64,000 nucleotides of DNA from an uncultured delta proteobacterium (GCA_963736855.1 CAVTQK010000021.1:64001-128000); one strand, 5' to 3'. Shown: positions 29,373 through 40,193, numbered from the stretch's first letter. Notes: generated from the sequence alone by a model not told the origin. Translations and numbers: made by a program.

Positions 29373-29957
29373 ATGGTAAAATACAAAGGCATCAATCATT
29401 TGGCAATGGCTACTCCGGATATGGATGCCACCATACGGTTCTGGAGGGATCTTTTGGGAATGCGCCTGGTGGCCGGGATGGGCAAGCCCGGGTACCGGCA
29501 TTATTTTTTCGAAATCAGCGAACATGACATGATCGCCTTTTTCGAATGGAAAGAGGTGGAAAAGATTCCTGAAAAGGACCACGGGGTCCCGGTATCCGGC
29601 CCGTTTGCCTTCGATCATATATCCTTTGAAGTGGGAAGTGATGACGACCTTTGGGAGATCAAGGATCGTATCGAAGCTGCCGGGGAATGGGTTTCCGAAG
29701 TCATCGACCATGGCTTCATCCATTCCGTCTATGCCTTCGATCCCAACCATATCCCTATTGAGTTCAGCGCCCCAGTCTCCGTTGTGGATTTGAGAAAAAC
29801 GCCTAAAATGAAAGACAAGGTTCCCACCGAGGCGGCAAAAGAAGGTCCGGATCCGGTTTTGGGAAAACGACCCATCGTGACACAACCCACACCCGAAAAT
29901 GAACGGATAACCTACCCGGGGGACGGGAGGGTGTTTCTGGAAGATTCGAACGAGTAA
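29373..29957 (+). CDS. VOC/glyoxalase family protein
   Basis: INHLA, FDHISF, SVYAFDPNHIPIEF. Confidence 0.88.
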   Translation: MVKYKGINHLAMATPDMDATIRFWRDLLGMRLVAGMGKPGYRHYFFEISEHDMIAFFEWKEVEKIPEKDHGVPVSGPFAFDHISFEVGSDDDLWEIKDRIEAAGEWVSEVIDHGFIHSVYAFDPNHIPIEFSAPVSVVDLRKTPKMKDKVPTEAAKEGPDPVLGKRPIVTQPTPENERITYPGDGRVFLEDSNE

Positions 29958-30790
29958 TGCCATTCTTCACACAAGCCACGGATATTACCGTACTTTCCGC
30001 AACTTGGACGTTGCTTCGAACGCTGGGATTCTTTCTATTAGCAATTTTTGCATTTCTTTTTTATCACCCGAAAACGACTCTGGCTGAGGATCTTGCCGGG
30101 GTTCATGTACTTCATGTCTTTCCCCACGATCCTTCGGCATTCACCCAGGGACTGATATTCGAGAAAGGGTATCTTTACGAGGGGACCGGAGGAAAGGGGA
30201 AATCCGTCTTGAGAAAGATCGACCTCGAAACAGGAGCTGTGCTGCTGCAGGCGAATCTGTCCAAGGCCTGTTTCGGTGAGGGGATCACTGCATTCAATGG
30301 AAAAATCTACCAGTTGACATGGCATTCCGGCATCGGATTCATCTACGATATTAAAACTCTTATGAAAGAAGGCACGTTTCGATATACCGGCCAAGGTTGG
30401 GGTCTGACCGATGACGGAAAACATTTGATCCTGAGCGACGGTTCGAGTGTTCTACGGTACTTCGACCCGGCTTCGTTCAAGGAGGTGCGCCGGATTCGCG
30501 TCTTTGAGGCGGATTACGAGATCGAAAAGATCAACGAACTCGAGTTTGTCAAAGGATATATTTATGCAAATATCTGGTACACCGATCATATCATTAAGAT
30601 ATCCCCGGAAACGGGAAGGGTTGTTGCGCGATATGATTTATCCGAGATCATTCAAAAGAATCAACCCGAAGATCCGGAAGCGGTCCTCAACGGTATTGCC
30701 TATGATGAGAAAAATGACCGGCTTTTTGTCACCGGCAAACTTTGGCCGATGCTTTTTGAAGTACAATTCAAAGAAAATATAAAAAAGTAA
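29957..30790 (+). CDS. Glutaminyl-peptide cyclotransferase (bacterial/plant type)
   Basis: FTQGL, FGEGIT, GWGLT, NELE, VLNGIA, TGKLW. Confidence 0.9.
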   Translation: MPFFTQATDITVLSATWTLLRTLGFFLLAIFAFLFYHPKTTLAEDLAGVHVLHVFPHDPSAFTQGLIFEKGYLYEGTGGKGKSVLRKIDLETGAVLLQANLSKACFGEGITAFNGKIYQLTWHSGIGFIYDIKTLMKEGTFRYTGQGWGLTDDGKHLILSDGSSVLRYFDPASFKEVRRIRVFEADYEIEKINELEFVKGYIYANIWYTDHIIKISPETGRVVARYDLSEIIQKNQPEDPEAVLNGIAYDEKNDRLFVTGKLWPMLFEVQFKENIKK

Positions 30791-30888
30791 ACCCGGTTGT
30801 TAATCGAAAAAATCCTTTTCATTGATTGAGATCTGGAGTAAAAATGAGCATTATTCATTTGATACCTTTTCAGACAGAAAGGAAACCT

Positions 30889-31107
30889 ATGGAAACTAAA
30901 AAAACCAAACGAGGGGCTTCCGGAACCAAAGCAGGTATTTTGAAAGGCACGGAAGAAATGAGATATTGGGAATTCAGGAAGGAATTTTGTAGTAATAATG
31001 GCTGGCAACTGCGAAGACTTGATGCACAAATTTATGAAGTTATCGACAGTAAACATCAAAAGATTGGAATTTTTAGGAGTGGAAAGGGGTATTTTCCAAG
31101 TGAGTGA
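30889..31107 (+). CDS. Small hypothetical protein
   Basis: RBS AAGGA before ATG; 72-aa ORF. Confidence 0.5.
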   Translation: METKKTKRGASGTKAGILKGTEEMRYWEFRKEFCSNNGWQLRRLDAQIYEVIDSKHQKIGIFRSGKGYFPSE

Positions 31108-31240
31108 GCGCGTTTTATCCGGTTATTAGCGATATCGATTGAACTCTAACTCTCGAACTTCAATAAGCCGTCTTCTTCCGATTCCCCTTTTCAGCGTACG
31201 GAGCGAAAGGGAAAAAAACCAATTAAAAGGAGGAACAGAC

Positions 31241-32026
31241 ATGAACACGCCCACAAAGTTATCCGTAGTGATCCTGATCGGTGTGATCTCTATTTTTGTC
31301 CATGCAGGATGTAGCAGTTCCGGAGGTGATGATCCGGTCGCACCTAGTAATGCATCGAGTATTATTTTACTCCATCATAGCACAGGGGGGGTTATCTGGA
31401 ATGGAGGAGTTCCGGCATGGTTTGCGCAGAACGCCCCGCAACATTCCATCACGGAACAATGGTTCCCTGGAGCCGTAGAAGGAAATTACCCGTATGACTA
31501 CTGGAACATTTGGGTGAATTACGGCGTCCCTGGCGATGCCACACTCGAAATGCTGACCGCACAATATCATGTGATTGTTTTCAAACACTGTTTTCCAGTC
31601 AGCGAGATCGAGGCAGATACCGGCGCTCCAAATGTTGCATCCGAGGAGAGACGGCTTGAAAACTACTACTTGCAGTATAATGCTCTGAAAGCCAAACTGC
31701 GTGAATTTCCGAATACCCGTTTTATTATCTGGACGGGAGCAGTGCAAGTCGAGGGCCTCATCGATGTGGAGATGGCCACTCGTACCCGCATCTTTTTTGA
31801 TTGGGTGAAGAACGTTTGGAATGAACGGGGCGACAATATTTACGTCTGGGATTTTTATGAACTGGAAACGGAGGGCGGATTGTATCTGCGCTCTGAATAT
31901 GCCTCAAGTCCGGACGATGCCCATCCAACTGCGGCGTTCGCTCAACGGGTCGCCCCGCTTCTGTGTCAACGGATCGTGAACGTTCTCAACGGAATCGGAG
32001 ATGACACCAGCCTTACAGGAGAATAA
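31241..32026 (+). CDS. Hypothetical lipoprotein (possibly SGNH-hydrolase-like)
   Basis: RBS AGGAGG, lipobox-like HAGC, HHSTG, FKHCFP, C-terminal DAHP. Confidence 0.7.
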   Translation: MNTPTKLSVVILIGVISIFVHAGCSSSGGDDPVAPSNASSIILLHHSTGGVIWNGGVPAWFAQNAPQHSITEQWFPGAVEGNYPYDYWNIWVNYGVPGDATLEMLTAQYHVIVFKHCFPVSEIEADTGAPNVASEERRLENYYLQYNALKAKLREFPNTRFIIWTGAVQVEGLIDVEMATRTRIFFDWVKNVWNERGDNIYVWDFYELETEGGLYLRSEYASSPDDAHPTAAFAQRVAPLLCQRIVNVLNGIGDDTSLTGE

Positions 32027-32323
32027 GCCCTTCAATGATTTAAGCTTTATTGAATACCGCTTCTTTGGGAATGTCATCCATGGCAAACGGGGAACATGGG
32101 ACAGGCTTTAATGCCTGAACCCTGATGATGATTCAAACCCCACAACCCTCATCTATTAATGGAAGGTTGTGGGGTTATCTTTTTCCATTGAAAAAATTCC
32201 GGATGACGTCCGTTTCCTTTCTTATTCTTGGTTTTAAAGTCTGCGGTAGCGTTTTTTTTCAACCAGAAAACCAATCGCAAAATCAATGCTCTTTTCACGC
32301 ATCTTGTTTGATGCGAAATCACC

Positions 32324-33556
32324 CTAATCATCGATCGTAAAAGTGAAGATGTGTCGGCCTTTGATATCTTTATCAGGTTTGAATACAAAAGCCTCCTTCT
32401 CCTGTTTTGCGGCTGTTAGATAACGAATTCTAACGGATGGCTCAAAGGTCGAGTCCTTGCCTTCAATCTGTGTAAAAACGATTTCTATGCGGTTTTTCCC
32501 TTTCTTCAGGCCCCCTTGGATATGCCCCGATGAATTGACGTCTTCCACGATTCTTTGTTTGCTGTTGTTGACGGTTACTTCAGTTCTGTATCCGGTTGAA
32601 GAAATGTCGATTACACCATAGAGCTTCGGCTTTGAAATCGGTTCCGGTGCCGTATGAATTTTACCGTCTATCGCCAGATCTTCAGGAACATCGGATAGAT
32701 CAAATTGGGTTGCACTTCCATTTTTCTGATATTTGGGACGTCCGACATTCATGATACCATCCACTTTCCAACCGGAAGCTTCTTCAACAAACTTGATGAA
32801 AATGAAATTCACCGAAGCTGGCATATTGGGAGTGCTATCGACGCCATTTTTATCGATATATACCATACCCGCAGTCGGTCCCTCACGAAGGATCTTGACA
32901 AATCGGCAGGCAGACAGATCCGGGAGAGATTCGGCCATGGACTTCATATTGTCAGGTGTCAACTCCCTCCCGGCACTGGACAAGGCGTTTACCATCATGG
33001 CGTAGCTATGCGAGGAAGTTGTTGCTTTAACGGCCTGCAAATCTCCCGCACGATAAGCTTTGGCATGAGCCGCCCAAATTCCTTCGAGATTTACTCTCAA
33101 GGAGTTCGGAGATGCAGGGGAGCCTGAGGACTTACTGATCACTGGAGCAGGTGTGGCTTCAGGAACCTGGACAGGGGAGGAAGGAGTTCGTTGCACGGGT
33201 TTTGCGATATCAGATCTTTTCCCAACCGTGGTTATATAACGCTCTGCTACCCAGCCCTGCTTTCCGGAGTCTGTTTGCACTTTTACCCAATCCCCCTCTC
33301 GGCTAAGAACTGTAAGAGGTTCGTCTTTTATCAGGACTCCCGTAATGAGGCTTTTGGTGTTACTTTCAGCACGCATATTCAGCCGACTGGTCGTCACTTT
33401 TACTATTTCCTGGATTTCTTCCGGTTTGGATGTTGGTGTAACCGCTAGAGTTGTGTCGACCGTCTGGGGCGCAGTCTCCGGCCTTTTCACGGCACAGCCT
33501 GCAACAAAAACGATGACAAGAAATACCAGGATCTTTTTTATCACCTTAAAGCTCAT
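32324..33556 (-). CDS. SH3b-domain lipoprotein
   Basis: Lipobox VAGC; LNMRA...WVKVQ...GWVAERY; Pro/Thr-rich linkers. Confidence 0.8.
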   Translation of the reverse strand: MSFKVIKKILVFLVIVFVAGCAVKRPETAPQTVDTTLAVTPTSKPEEIQEIVKVTTSRLNMRAESNTKSLITGVLIKDEPLTVLSREGDWVKVQTDSGKQGWVAERYITTVGKRSDIAKPVQRTPSSPVQVPEATPAPVISKSSGSPASPNSLRVNLEGIWAAHAKAYRAGDLQAVKATTSSHSYAMMVNALSSAGRELTPDNMKSMAESLPDLSACRFVKILREGPTAGMVYIDKNGVDSTPNMPASVNFIFIKFVEEASGWKVDGIMNVGRPKYQKNGSATQFDLSDVPEDLAIDGKIHTAPEPISKPKLYGVIDISSTGYRTEVTVNNSKQRIVEDVNSSGHIQGGLKKGKNRIEIVFTQIEGKDSTFEPSVRIRYLTAAKQEKEAFVFKPDKDIKGRHIFTFTIDD

Positions 33557-34713
33557 ATTCTGTCTCCTTTCCATTTTGTGGATGTCTCAAACAGTACGAG
33601 CAACCGATCCAACTTGGATTTGACCTGCATGCGAAAGAGTTTTCCCGTCCCCAGCTTCCCTCGGATCCTTCCCAATCGAATGTAGCTCTCCACGATCGTG
33701 TCAGGCACATCCGGAAGATCAGACTCGGGTTTTCGTACCAGGGACAAAGCGCCTGTAGGGCAACTGCTCACGCAAAGGCCGCAACCGATACATCGATCGG
33801 AATCGAGGACGACAACGTCGCCCTTAAGAGAAATCGCATCCATTTGGCAACGATCTATGCATACGCCGCATGCTTCACAGACGGTCGGATCGAGACTCGT
33901 CAAAAACGCACTCGAGATCAGGGTTCCCGGCTTGGGGTGGCACTTCAAGCTCCTGAGCACACCGCAGCAGCAGCCACAGCAGGTGCAAATCCAAAGCGCC
34001 TCCTTGGCATTGGCAGGCTGTAATATCAGACCCGCGGTTTCAGCCCGTTCCAGAATGGATAGAGTTTCTTCCTTGTCGATATATCGGCCTCGGTTATTAT
34101 ACACTACGGATCGAGCGGCAGTCCCGAAGGAAAGACAGCTTTCCTCCGGTTTTTCGCATCCGTTCCCCAGGACACGCATCTCCTGACGACAAATACAGTT
34201 GCTCACGGCAAATATCTTCTGAGTGCGAATCAGTTCAGCGGCCTGTTCATAAGGCATGACTTTATTTTCGGTATTCAGGCTTTTTTCCACAGGGATCGTT
34301 CGGAGCTGAGGTGCTTTTCGCCATAGTTCGTAATCGACGAAATCCGGAAGGTACGCCTCGAAATCTTTAATAAGGTCCCGATTCAGCCGGTTAACCTGTC
34401 CTTCCCAGAAGCCGATGACGAACTGCTGCGCCCGGTATCGGGCCGGCTGTCCTTCGCGGTGATGGCCATAGACAAGCCCTCGTTTTTCCATATCCGAAAG
34501 ACGGGCGGATGCTTCTTCAACCGAAATGCCGACCCTCCGGGCGATCACCCGGGGCTCTTCCGGGATCAAGGTGAGATGAAGCGCTATATTTGTATCTTCG
34601 GGAGTAAACAGACGTCGGAGGATGCGCATTTCCGCAGCCGCTTGGGTGCGAGGAAAGCCTGCAGGCAAATCGTCCAGATGCCGCGCCAGCTTTTCGTAGA
34701 TATCTTCAGGCAT
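33553..34713 (-). CDS. 4Fe-4S binding protein with N-terminal HTH-like region
   Basis: CICR, CTCCGCCCG, two CxxCxxCxxxC motifs. Confidence 0.88.
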   Translation of the reverse strand: MPEDIYEKLARHLDDLPAGFPRTQAAAEMRILRRLFTPEDTNIALHLTLIPEEPRVIARRVGISVEEASARLSDMEKRGLVYGHHREGQPARYRAQQFVIGFWEGQVNRLNRDLIKDFEAYLPDFVDYELWRKAPQLRTIPVEKSLNTENKVMPYEQAAELIRTQKIFAVSNCICRQEMRVLGNGCEKPEESCLSFGTAARSVVYNNRGRYIDKEETLSILERAETAGLILQPANAKEALWICTCCGCCCGVLRSLKCHPKPGTLISSAFLTSLDPTVCEACGVCIDRCQMDAISLKGDVVVLDSDRCIGCGLCVSSCPTGALSLVRKPESDLPDVPDTIVESYIRLGRIRGKLGTGKLFRMQVKSKLDRLLVLFETSTKWKGDRI

Positions 34714-34953
34714 GATCTGTATATTTTTTGAAAAATAATGTTCAGTTTTATTCCGATTCACAAACCATCGCAGATCAAAATCACCTAACCTTTTGTGATT
34801 CTTTAGATGAATTATGCTTATTTGACAAGTGCCATTCGATACAGTATCTGAATCCGCACCGAATACATTGGGTTACCTCGAAAATCACCCCATGCCGAAT
34901 CCGTCCGGATATAATCGCCATGGTTGATCCTCTTATAAGAGGTTTTGCTGCCG

Positions 34954-35790
34954 ATGATCGTGCTTATACTGGTAGTTCTTACCGCCTATCTGCTTGTGAC
35001 GCTTTTTTTTGCCTATATGATCCACGAATATCCCCGAAAACCTGTCAAAGATCGGCCGGACTGGGGGCATGTGTCTGATGTACGGATTCCCACGGTCAAC
35101 GGAAAATCCTTAGAAGCCTGGCGTATCGAACCGAAAGGCCGCTCCAAAGGGATTGTGGTATTTGCCCACGGGTGGAGCCGAAACCGGGATCGGATGGTTT
35201 CCCGGGCCAGAATTTTCGGAAAGTGGGATTACACCACCGTCATTCACAGCGCCCGTGACCACGGAGAATCCAACTCCCAGAGAGGGATGAACGCACTCCG
35301 GTTTGCAGAAGACATCGAGTCGGTCCTTTTTTGGATCGGTTATCCGGTTATCCTCTACGGTCATTCCGTCGGCTCAGGAGGTGCCGCCATCGCGGCTTGG
35401 CGGAATCCGGAGAGGGTGAAACTGCTTTTTCTGGAAGGTTCTTATCCTTATACAGGGGAGATGCTCATGAGCCTTTTTAACTGGTATGGCCGCCCTTTCA
35501 GATTCCTTTTCGGGCACATGATTCTTTTTTGGATGAACCTTTATTACAGAGGCAGGCTCGAAAAGCTGAGCCCGGCCCGGCTGGCTCCGGAGCTGAAAAT
35601 GCCGATCATGCTCATCCATGGGGAAAAGGATAGACGATTTCCCCTTTCTTTTGCACTAACCCTGAAAAAAGCGCTTCACCCCGAATCCTCGGATCTTTTC
35701 ATCGGTCAGGGGGCAAACCATAGCGGATCGAGTACTGCACCGGGCTATGAAGATGCGATTTTGAGGTTTCTGGAAAAGCACCCCGTCTAA
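34954..35790 (+). CDS. Alpha/beta hydrolase (membrane-anchored)
   Basis: N-terminal TM, HGW, GHSVG, HGEKD, ANHS. Confidence 0.85.
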   Translation: MIVLILVVLTAYLLVTLFFAYMIHEYPRKPVKDRPDWGHVSDVRIPTVNGKSLEAWRIEPKGRSKGIVVFAHGWSRNRDRMVSRARIFGKWDYTTVIHSARDHGESNSQRGMNALRFAEDIESVLFWIGYPVILYGHSVGSGGAAIAAWRNPERVKLLFLEGSYPYTGEMLMSLFNWYGRPFRFLFGHMILFWMNLYYRGRLEKLSPARLAPELKMPIMLIHGEKDRRFPLSFALTLKKALHPESSDLFIGQGANHSGSSTAPGYEDAILRFLEKHPV

Positions 35791-35819
35791 ACAGGATTCT
35801 TCCATAAAATGAGGGTTAA

Positions 35820-36077
35820 CCCTGTTGTTGCAAAAGCTGAGGATGTCCCAGATCCAAGGCGCCCAAGGGCGAAGCCGTAATATTTTACTGCGAGCCCTTG
35901 GCAACGAAGGAGATGGGGCATCTTCAGCTTTCCCTCCGGGTAAAAAAACATGACAGATTTTTTCTTTGTTTTAGAAGTCATAAAAAGTTTATTAGCGAAC
36001 CATGCCTAAACGTATTCAAATGCACTGTTATCATTCTTTTTTCTATACCTTGTCATGTTTTTTATGCAACTGCAGGG
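35820..36077. mobile_element. MITE copy 2 (258 bp)
   Basis: Same TIRs as copy 1, flanked by the direct repeat TTAA. Confidence 0.85.
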
Positions 36078-36731
36078 TTAAAGCTGCTTGGGGTCAATAC
36101 CGGATCGTTTGATGAGCGTACCCGAGTCCCAGCCGGAGACTCGAGCCCAATGAGTCATCTCCACCGGTTGAGAGCCTTGATGGATGAGTTTGCCGAACAG
36201 ATATTTTTGACCGTTTAGCCGTTTGGCCTGAACAAGATAGGTGAACACCCCATGGCCGATGATGGCAAACGTCGTAAAGGGATCGTCGGCATATTGCCGC
36301 ATGGCCGCATCCAGTTTTTCCAAAAGTTTAGCACTCGGGTTAGGGATTGGAACCATCAGATCCGGATCCACTGAAATTTGGCCATGGGCCTGAAAATAGG
36401 CCGTTTCACCTTTTTCCGGATAGTAATACCCTCTTGGAGGATCGAGTTTTTCCGCTGGAAGAGAAACAGTTCCTCCTTTTTGGATCCACATAGAAAGCAA
36501 ACGTTTGTTCAGCCGTGCCGCCAGCACCGCATCGATAAAAGCCATCCGGGGAGCTTGCGCCGGAGACGCCTGATATGCAGAAATGATTTCTGTGGGAACA
36601 AGATCCAGAATACCGGAAAGATCCGCAGCCGGGATCTTAATCCATCGATCGGTGTGCGGATGCTGGATGCGGTATCCTTTACCATCGGTGGAACGGGTTG
36701 ATATGGTTTCAAATAGCGTCAATACTTGCAT
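36078..36731 (-). CDS. Hypothetical protein
   Basis: Long ORF; likely ATG at 36731 after AAGG; its stop codon lies in the MITE target duplication. Confidence 0.6.
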   Translation of the reverse strand: MQVLTLFETISTRSTDGKGYRIQHPHTDRWIKIPAADLSGILDLVPTEIISAYQASPAQAPRMAFIDAVLAARLNKRLLSMWIQKGGTVSLPAEKLDPPRGYYYPEKGETAYFQAHGQISVDPDLMVPIPNPSAKLLEKLDAAMRQYADDPFTTFAIIGHGVFTYLVQAKRLNGQKYLFGKLIHQGSQPVEMTHWARVSGWDSGTLIKRSGIDPKQL

Positions 36732-37249
36732 GGAGTGAATCCTTTGGTTGTCGATATTTGAAAATGGCCGGTTCAATCATCTTGCCGGCGCCATCATGGA
36801 CCGCAGCCGCTGCCGGAGGGTGTTATCCGAAAACAGAGCACGATCATCTTGGTGCAATCAGGTCTTAAGTTATCTGAAGAACTATGCGCTGTCAATGGAA
36901 ATTTGATAGACATCTTATTGAAATCATGACTAATTTTAGCATGGTGGGCCCGGAGACTTCGATCGGCTGACCGCCTAATATAATGCTAAATACTTTTTGA
37001 AGCAGCTGACAAGGCGGTTTCGATTCCTTAATCCCTGGTTGACTATTTGTGGCAGATTTGAGATAAAAAAATGCTTATCTCATCCATGACTAAGCGGAAT
37101 TTCGACAGAGGCGACACACCATCTGAATCGCAAATATTTTTAAGAAACCGGGGTGAGTGACGTGTAGCGCCGGCAACGAATACCGGCAGACAAATCCCGG
37201 TTTTTTTGATGATAGATGGAAGAATCCCTTTACGAAGGAGGTGAATGTC

Positions 37250-37810
37250 ATGTCCGTAGAAAGTCCATTTATCCTTGTTGACCCCGAGCGTTGCGTGGGT
37301 TGCCACACATGTGAGCTGGCCTGCGCCGCATCGCACACTCGGGCAGGCACGGTCCTGGGGGCGGTCCTGGCCGGTGAGCGACTCCAGCCCCGCAATCGGG
37401 TGGTGCAGGTGGATAGGGTCAAGCTTTCCACCCAGTGCCGGCAATGCGAGGACGCTCCCTGCGTCCGGGTCTGTCCCACCGGCGCAACCTACCGCACCGA
37501 GACCTTCACAGCTGTTGACCCGAGGCTCTGCATTGCATGCAGGCTCTGCATGATCGTCTGCCCCTTTGGCGCCATCCATGTGGCGACCACAGACATCCGT
37601 GGCAGGGAAAAGAAGGCCGCCATCAAATGCGACCTGTGTTCGGATCGGGCCGAAGGCCCCGCATGCGTGGCTGCCTGCCCGACCCGGGCCCTCAACCTGA
37701 GGTATCCCGTAGAGATCATGCAGCAGGCCGCACAGACGACATCCAGGCAGTTTCTCGATGCCCTCAGCAGTCAGCAGGAACTGACCGCCCAACATAGCTT
37801 AAGGAGGTGA
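37250..37810 (+). CDS. cooF: CO dehydrogenase-associated 4x[4Fe-4S] electron transfer protein
   Basis: CVGCHTCELAC, CRQCEDAPCVRVCP, CIACRLCMIVCP, KCDLC...PACVAACP; directly upstream of cooS. Confidence 0.9.
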   Translation: MSVESPFILVDPERCVGCHTCELACAASHTRAGTVLGAVLAGERLQPRNRVVQVDRVKLSTQCRQCEDAPCVRVCPTGATYRTETFTAVDPRLCIACRLCMIVCPFGAIHVATTDIRGREKKAAIKCDLCSDRAEGPACVAACPTRALNLRYPVEIMQQAAQTTSRQFLDALSSQQELTAQHSLRR

Positions 37811-37816
37811 TGAGCC

Positions 37817-39697
37817 ATGACAATCAGCGAGAAAATTCTAGGCAGGAGCATCGATCCTTCAGTACACAAGATGCTGGAGCGGGCCGGGGAACTGGGCCTT
37901 GAGACGGCCTGGGACCGGTATGAGGCCCAGTTGCCCCAGTGTGGTTTCGGTGAATTGGGGGTCTGCTGCCGACACTGCAACATGGGGCCCTGCCGCATCA
38001 GCCCCTTTGACGGCGAAGGCCCCAAGGCAGGAGTGTGCGGGGCCACGGCCGATATTATCGTGGCGCGCGGCCTCATCCGCATGATTGCGGCAGGCGCGGC
38101 GTCCCATTCCGATCACGGCAGGGATATCGCCCACACCCTCCTCCTGACGGCCGAGGGAAAAAGCGGGGGATATCAGATCAAGGACGAGGCCAAGCTCAAG
38201 GCTCTGGCAGCCGAGTACGGCATCAAGACCGAGGGTCGTAAAGCAACAGAAATCGGGATCGATTTGGCAAAGGCGGTTTCAGCAGAGTTCGGCAAACAGG
38301 AGGGCCCCATTCAATTTACCCGACGGGCGCCTGAAAAGCGGGTGGCCCTCTGGAAAAAGCTGGGGATAGATCCCCGCGGTATCGATCGGGAGATCGTGGA
38401 GATCATGCACCGCACCCATATCGGTGTGGACAATGATCCGGTGAACCTGATCCTCCATGGGCTCAGGGCCTCTATTTCGGACGGCTGGGGCGGGTCCATG
38501 GTAGCGACTGAACTTTCCGATGTCCTTTTCGGCACACCAACCCCCAAACGTTCCGTATCAAATCTGGGCGTGCTACAGGAAGACCATGTGAATATTATCC
38601 TGAATGGACACGAGCCCACCCTATCCGAGATGATCGTTGCCGCTGCCAAAGATCCCAAGCTGATCGCTCTGGCGGAAAAATACGGAGCAAAGGGGATCCA
38701 GGTGGCCGGAATGTGCTGCACAGGCAATGAGATTCTGATGCGGCACGGGGTGCCCATTGCCGGCAATTTCCTGCAGCAGGAACTGGCGATCATCACCGGC
38801 GCCGTTGATGCCATGATCGTGGATGTGCAGTGCATCATGCCGGCCTTAGGAGCCTTGACCGGCTGTTTTCACACCAAGTTCATATCCACCTCCCCTAAGG
38901 CCAAGTTTCCTTACGCCACCCATATGGAATTCAACGAAGAGCATGCGGCCGAGATTGCCAGGGATATTGTCAAGGTATCGGTTGAAAACTTCCGTTTCCG
39001 CAAACCCGAAATGGTACGCATCCCTGACGACAAAATGGAATGTATGGCCGGATTCAGCGTGGAAGCCATTGTGGGGGCCTTAGGCGGGACCCTCGATCCG
39101 CTCCTGAATGCCATCAAGGGCGGGGCTATCAAGGGGATTGTAGCTCTTGTGGGATGCAATAATGTAAAAGTCCGGCAAGACTATACCCATGTCAACATGA
39201 TCCGGGAGCTGATCCGCAACAATGTGCTGGTGGTGACCACAGGGTGCAACGCCATTGCTGCGGCCAAGGCAGGACTGCTGCTGCCGGAAGCGGCAGAGTT
39301 ATGCGGCGAGGGGCTCAAAGGTGTATGCAAGGCTTTGGGCATACCACCGGCCCTCCATATGGGTTCCTGTGTGGACATCAGCCGGATACTGGTGGCCTGC
39401 GCCGCCATTGCCAATGCCTTGGGCGTGGATATCAGCGATCTTCCGGTCGCAGGGGGTGCGCCGGAATGGATGAGCGAGAAGGCCGTCAGCATTGGAGCGT
39501 ACGTAGTGGCCTCGGGTGTATTTACAGTCCTGGGGACCGTTCCCCAGGTCCTGGGAAGTCCGGTGGTAACGGAACTTCTGACAAAAGGCGCAAAGGATGT
39601 GGTAGGAGCCGTCTTTGCGGTGGAAACAGATCCTTTCAAGGCCGCAAAGCTGATGATTGACCACATCGAAGCGAAGCGCAAGGCCCTGGGGATATAG
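37817..39697 (+). CDS. cooS: Anaerobic Ni,Fe carbon monoxide dehydrogenase catalytic subunit
   Basis: CGFG..GVCCRHCNMGPC..GVCG (D/B clusters), HSDH, C-cluster ligands GHEP, MCC, VQC, GCN, TGC, GSCVD, catalytic SEKA. Confidence 0.97.
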   Translation: MTISEKILGRSIDPSVHKMLERAGELGLETAWDRYEAQLPQCGFGELGVCCRHCNMGPCRISPFDGEGPKAGVCGATADIIVARGLIRMIAAGAASHSDHGRDIAHTLLLTAEGKSGGYQIKDEAKLKALAAEYGIKTEGRKATEIGIDLAKAVSAEFGKQEGPIQFTRRAPEKRVALWKKLGIDPRGIDREIVEIMHRTHIGVDNDPVNLILHGLRASISDGWGGSMVATELSDVLFGTPTPKRSVSNLGVLQEDHVNIILNGHEPTLSEMIVAAAKDPKLIALAEKYGAKGIQVAGMCCTGNEILMRHGVPIAGNFLQQELAIITGAVDAMIVDVQCIMPALGALTGCFHTKFISTSPKAKFPYATHMEFNEEHAAEIARDIVKVSVENFRFRKPEMVRIPDDKMECMAGFSVEAIVGALGGTLDPLLNAIKGGAIKGIVALVGCNNVKVRQDYTHVNMIRELIRNNVLVVTTGCNAIAAAKAGLLLPEAAELCGEGLKGVCKALGIPPALHMGSCVDISRILVACAAIANALGVDISDLPVAGGAPEWMSEKAVSIGAYVVASGVFTVLGTVPQVLGSPVVTELLTKGAKDVVGAVFAVETDPFKAAKLMIDHIEAKRKALGI

Positions 39698-39713
39698 GGA
39701 GAGGGAGTTCGTC

Positions 39714-40193
39714 ATGCCGCTCATTGCCCAACGATACCATCCCCGGGCCGGGGCCGTGCTGGCCCGATTGCATGAAATCCATTCGGACCGGGGATGGCTC
39801 TCTGAAGAGGATCTTCGCACGGCCGCCTGCGACTTGGCCGTACCCTTGAGTCAAATTTACAGCGCTGCGACCTTCTATTCGGCCTTCAGTCTAAAGCCGC
39901 GTGGGCGGCATACGGCCCAGGTTTGTCTGGGGACGGCCTGCTACATCCGGGGCGGCGACCGATTGCTGGAGAAGATCGAGGCATCCCTCGGCGTGAAAGA
40001 GGGTGAGACGACCCAGGACGGTATGTTTACGGTCGAGACGGTCCACTGTCTCGGGTCGTGCAGCATGTCGCCCGTCATGCGGATAGATGACCGTGTCTAT
40101 GGAAGGCTCAGGGTCGATCGCGTCGCTCGGATACTGAAAAAATTCACGAAGGGGACGCTAGGTGAAAACTCGATTGAGGAGCAGGAGAAATGA
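39714..40193 (+). CDS. NuoE/HydC-like [2Fe-2S] subunit
   Basis: ATFY, CLGTAC, CLGSC. Confidence 0.9.
   Translation: MPLIAQRYHPRAGAVLARLHEIHSDRGWLSEEDLRTAACDLAVPLSQIYSAATFYSAFSLKPRGRHTAQVCLGTACYIRGGDRLLEKIEASLGVKEGETTQDGMFTVETVHCLGSCSMSPVMRIDDRVYGRLRVDRVARILKKFTKGTLGENSIEEQEK

Noticed and set aside
37050..37116. Possible CooA/CRP-type site upstream of cooF (TGTGG-N6-TGAGA; TTCGA-N6-CGACA)
   Set aside because: Two or more mismatches to TGTCR-N6-YGACA, and no regulator nearby.
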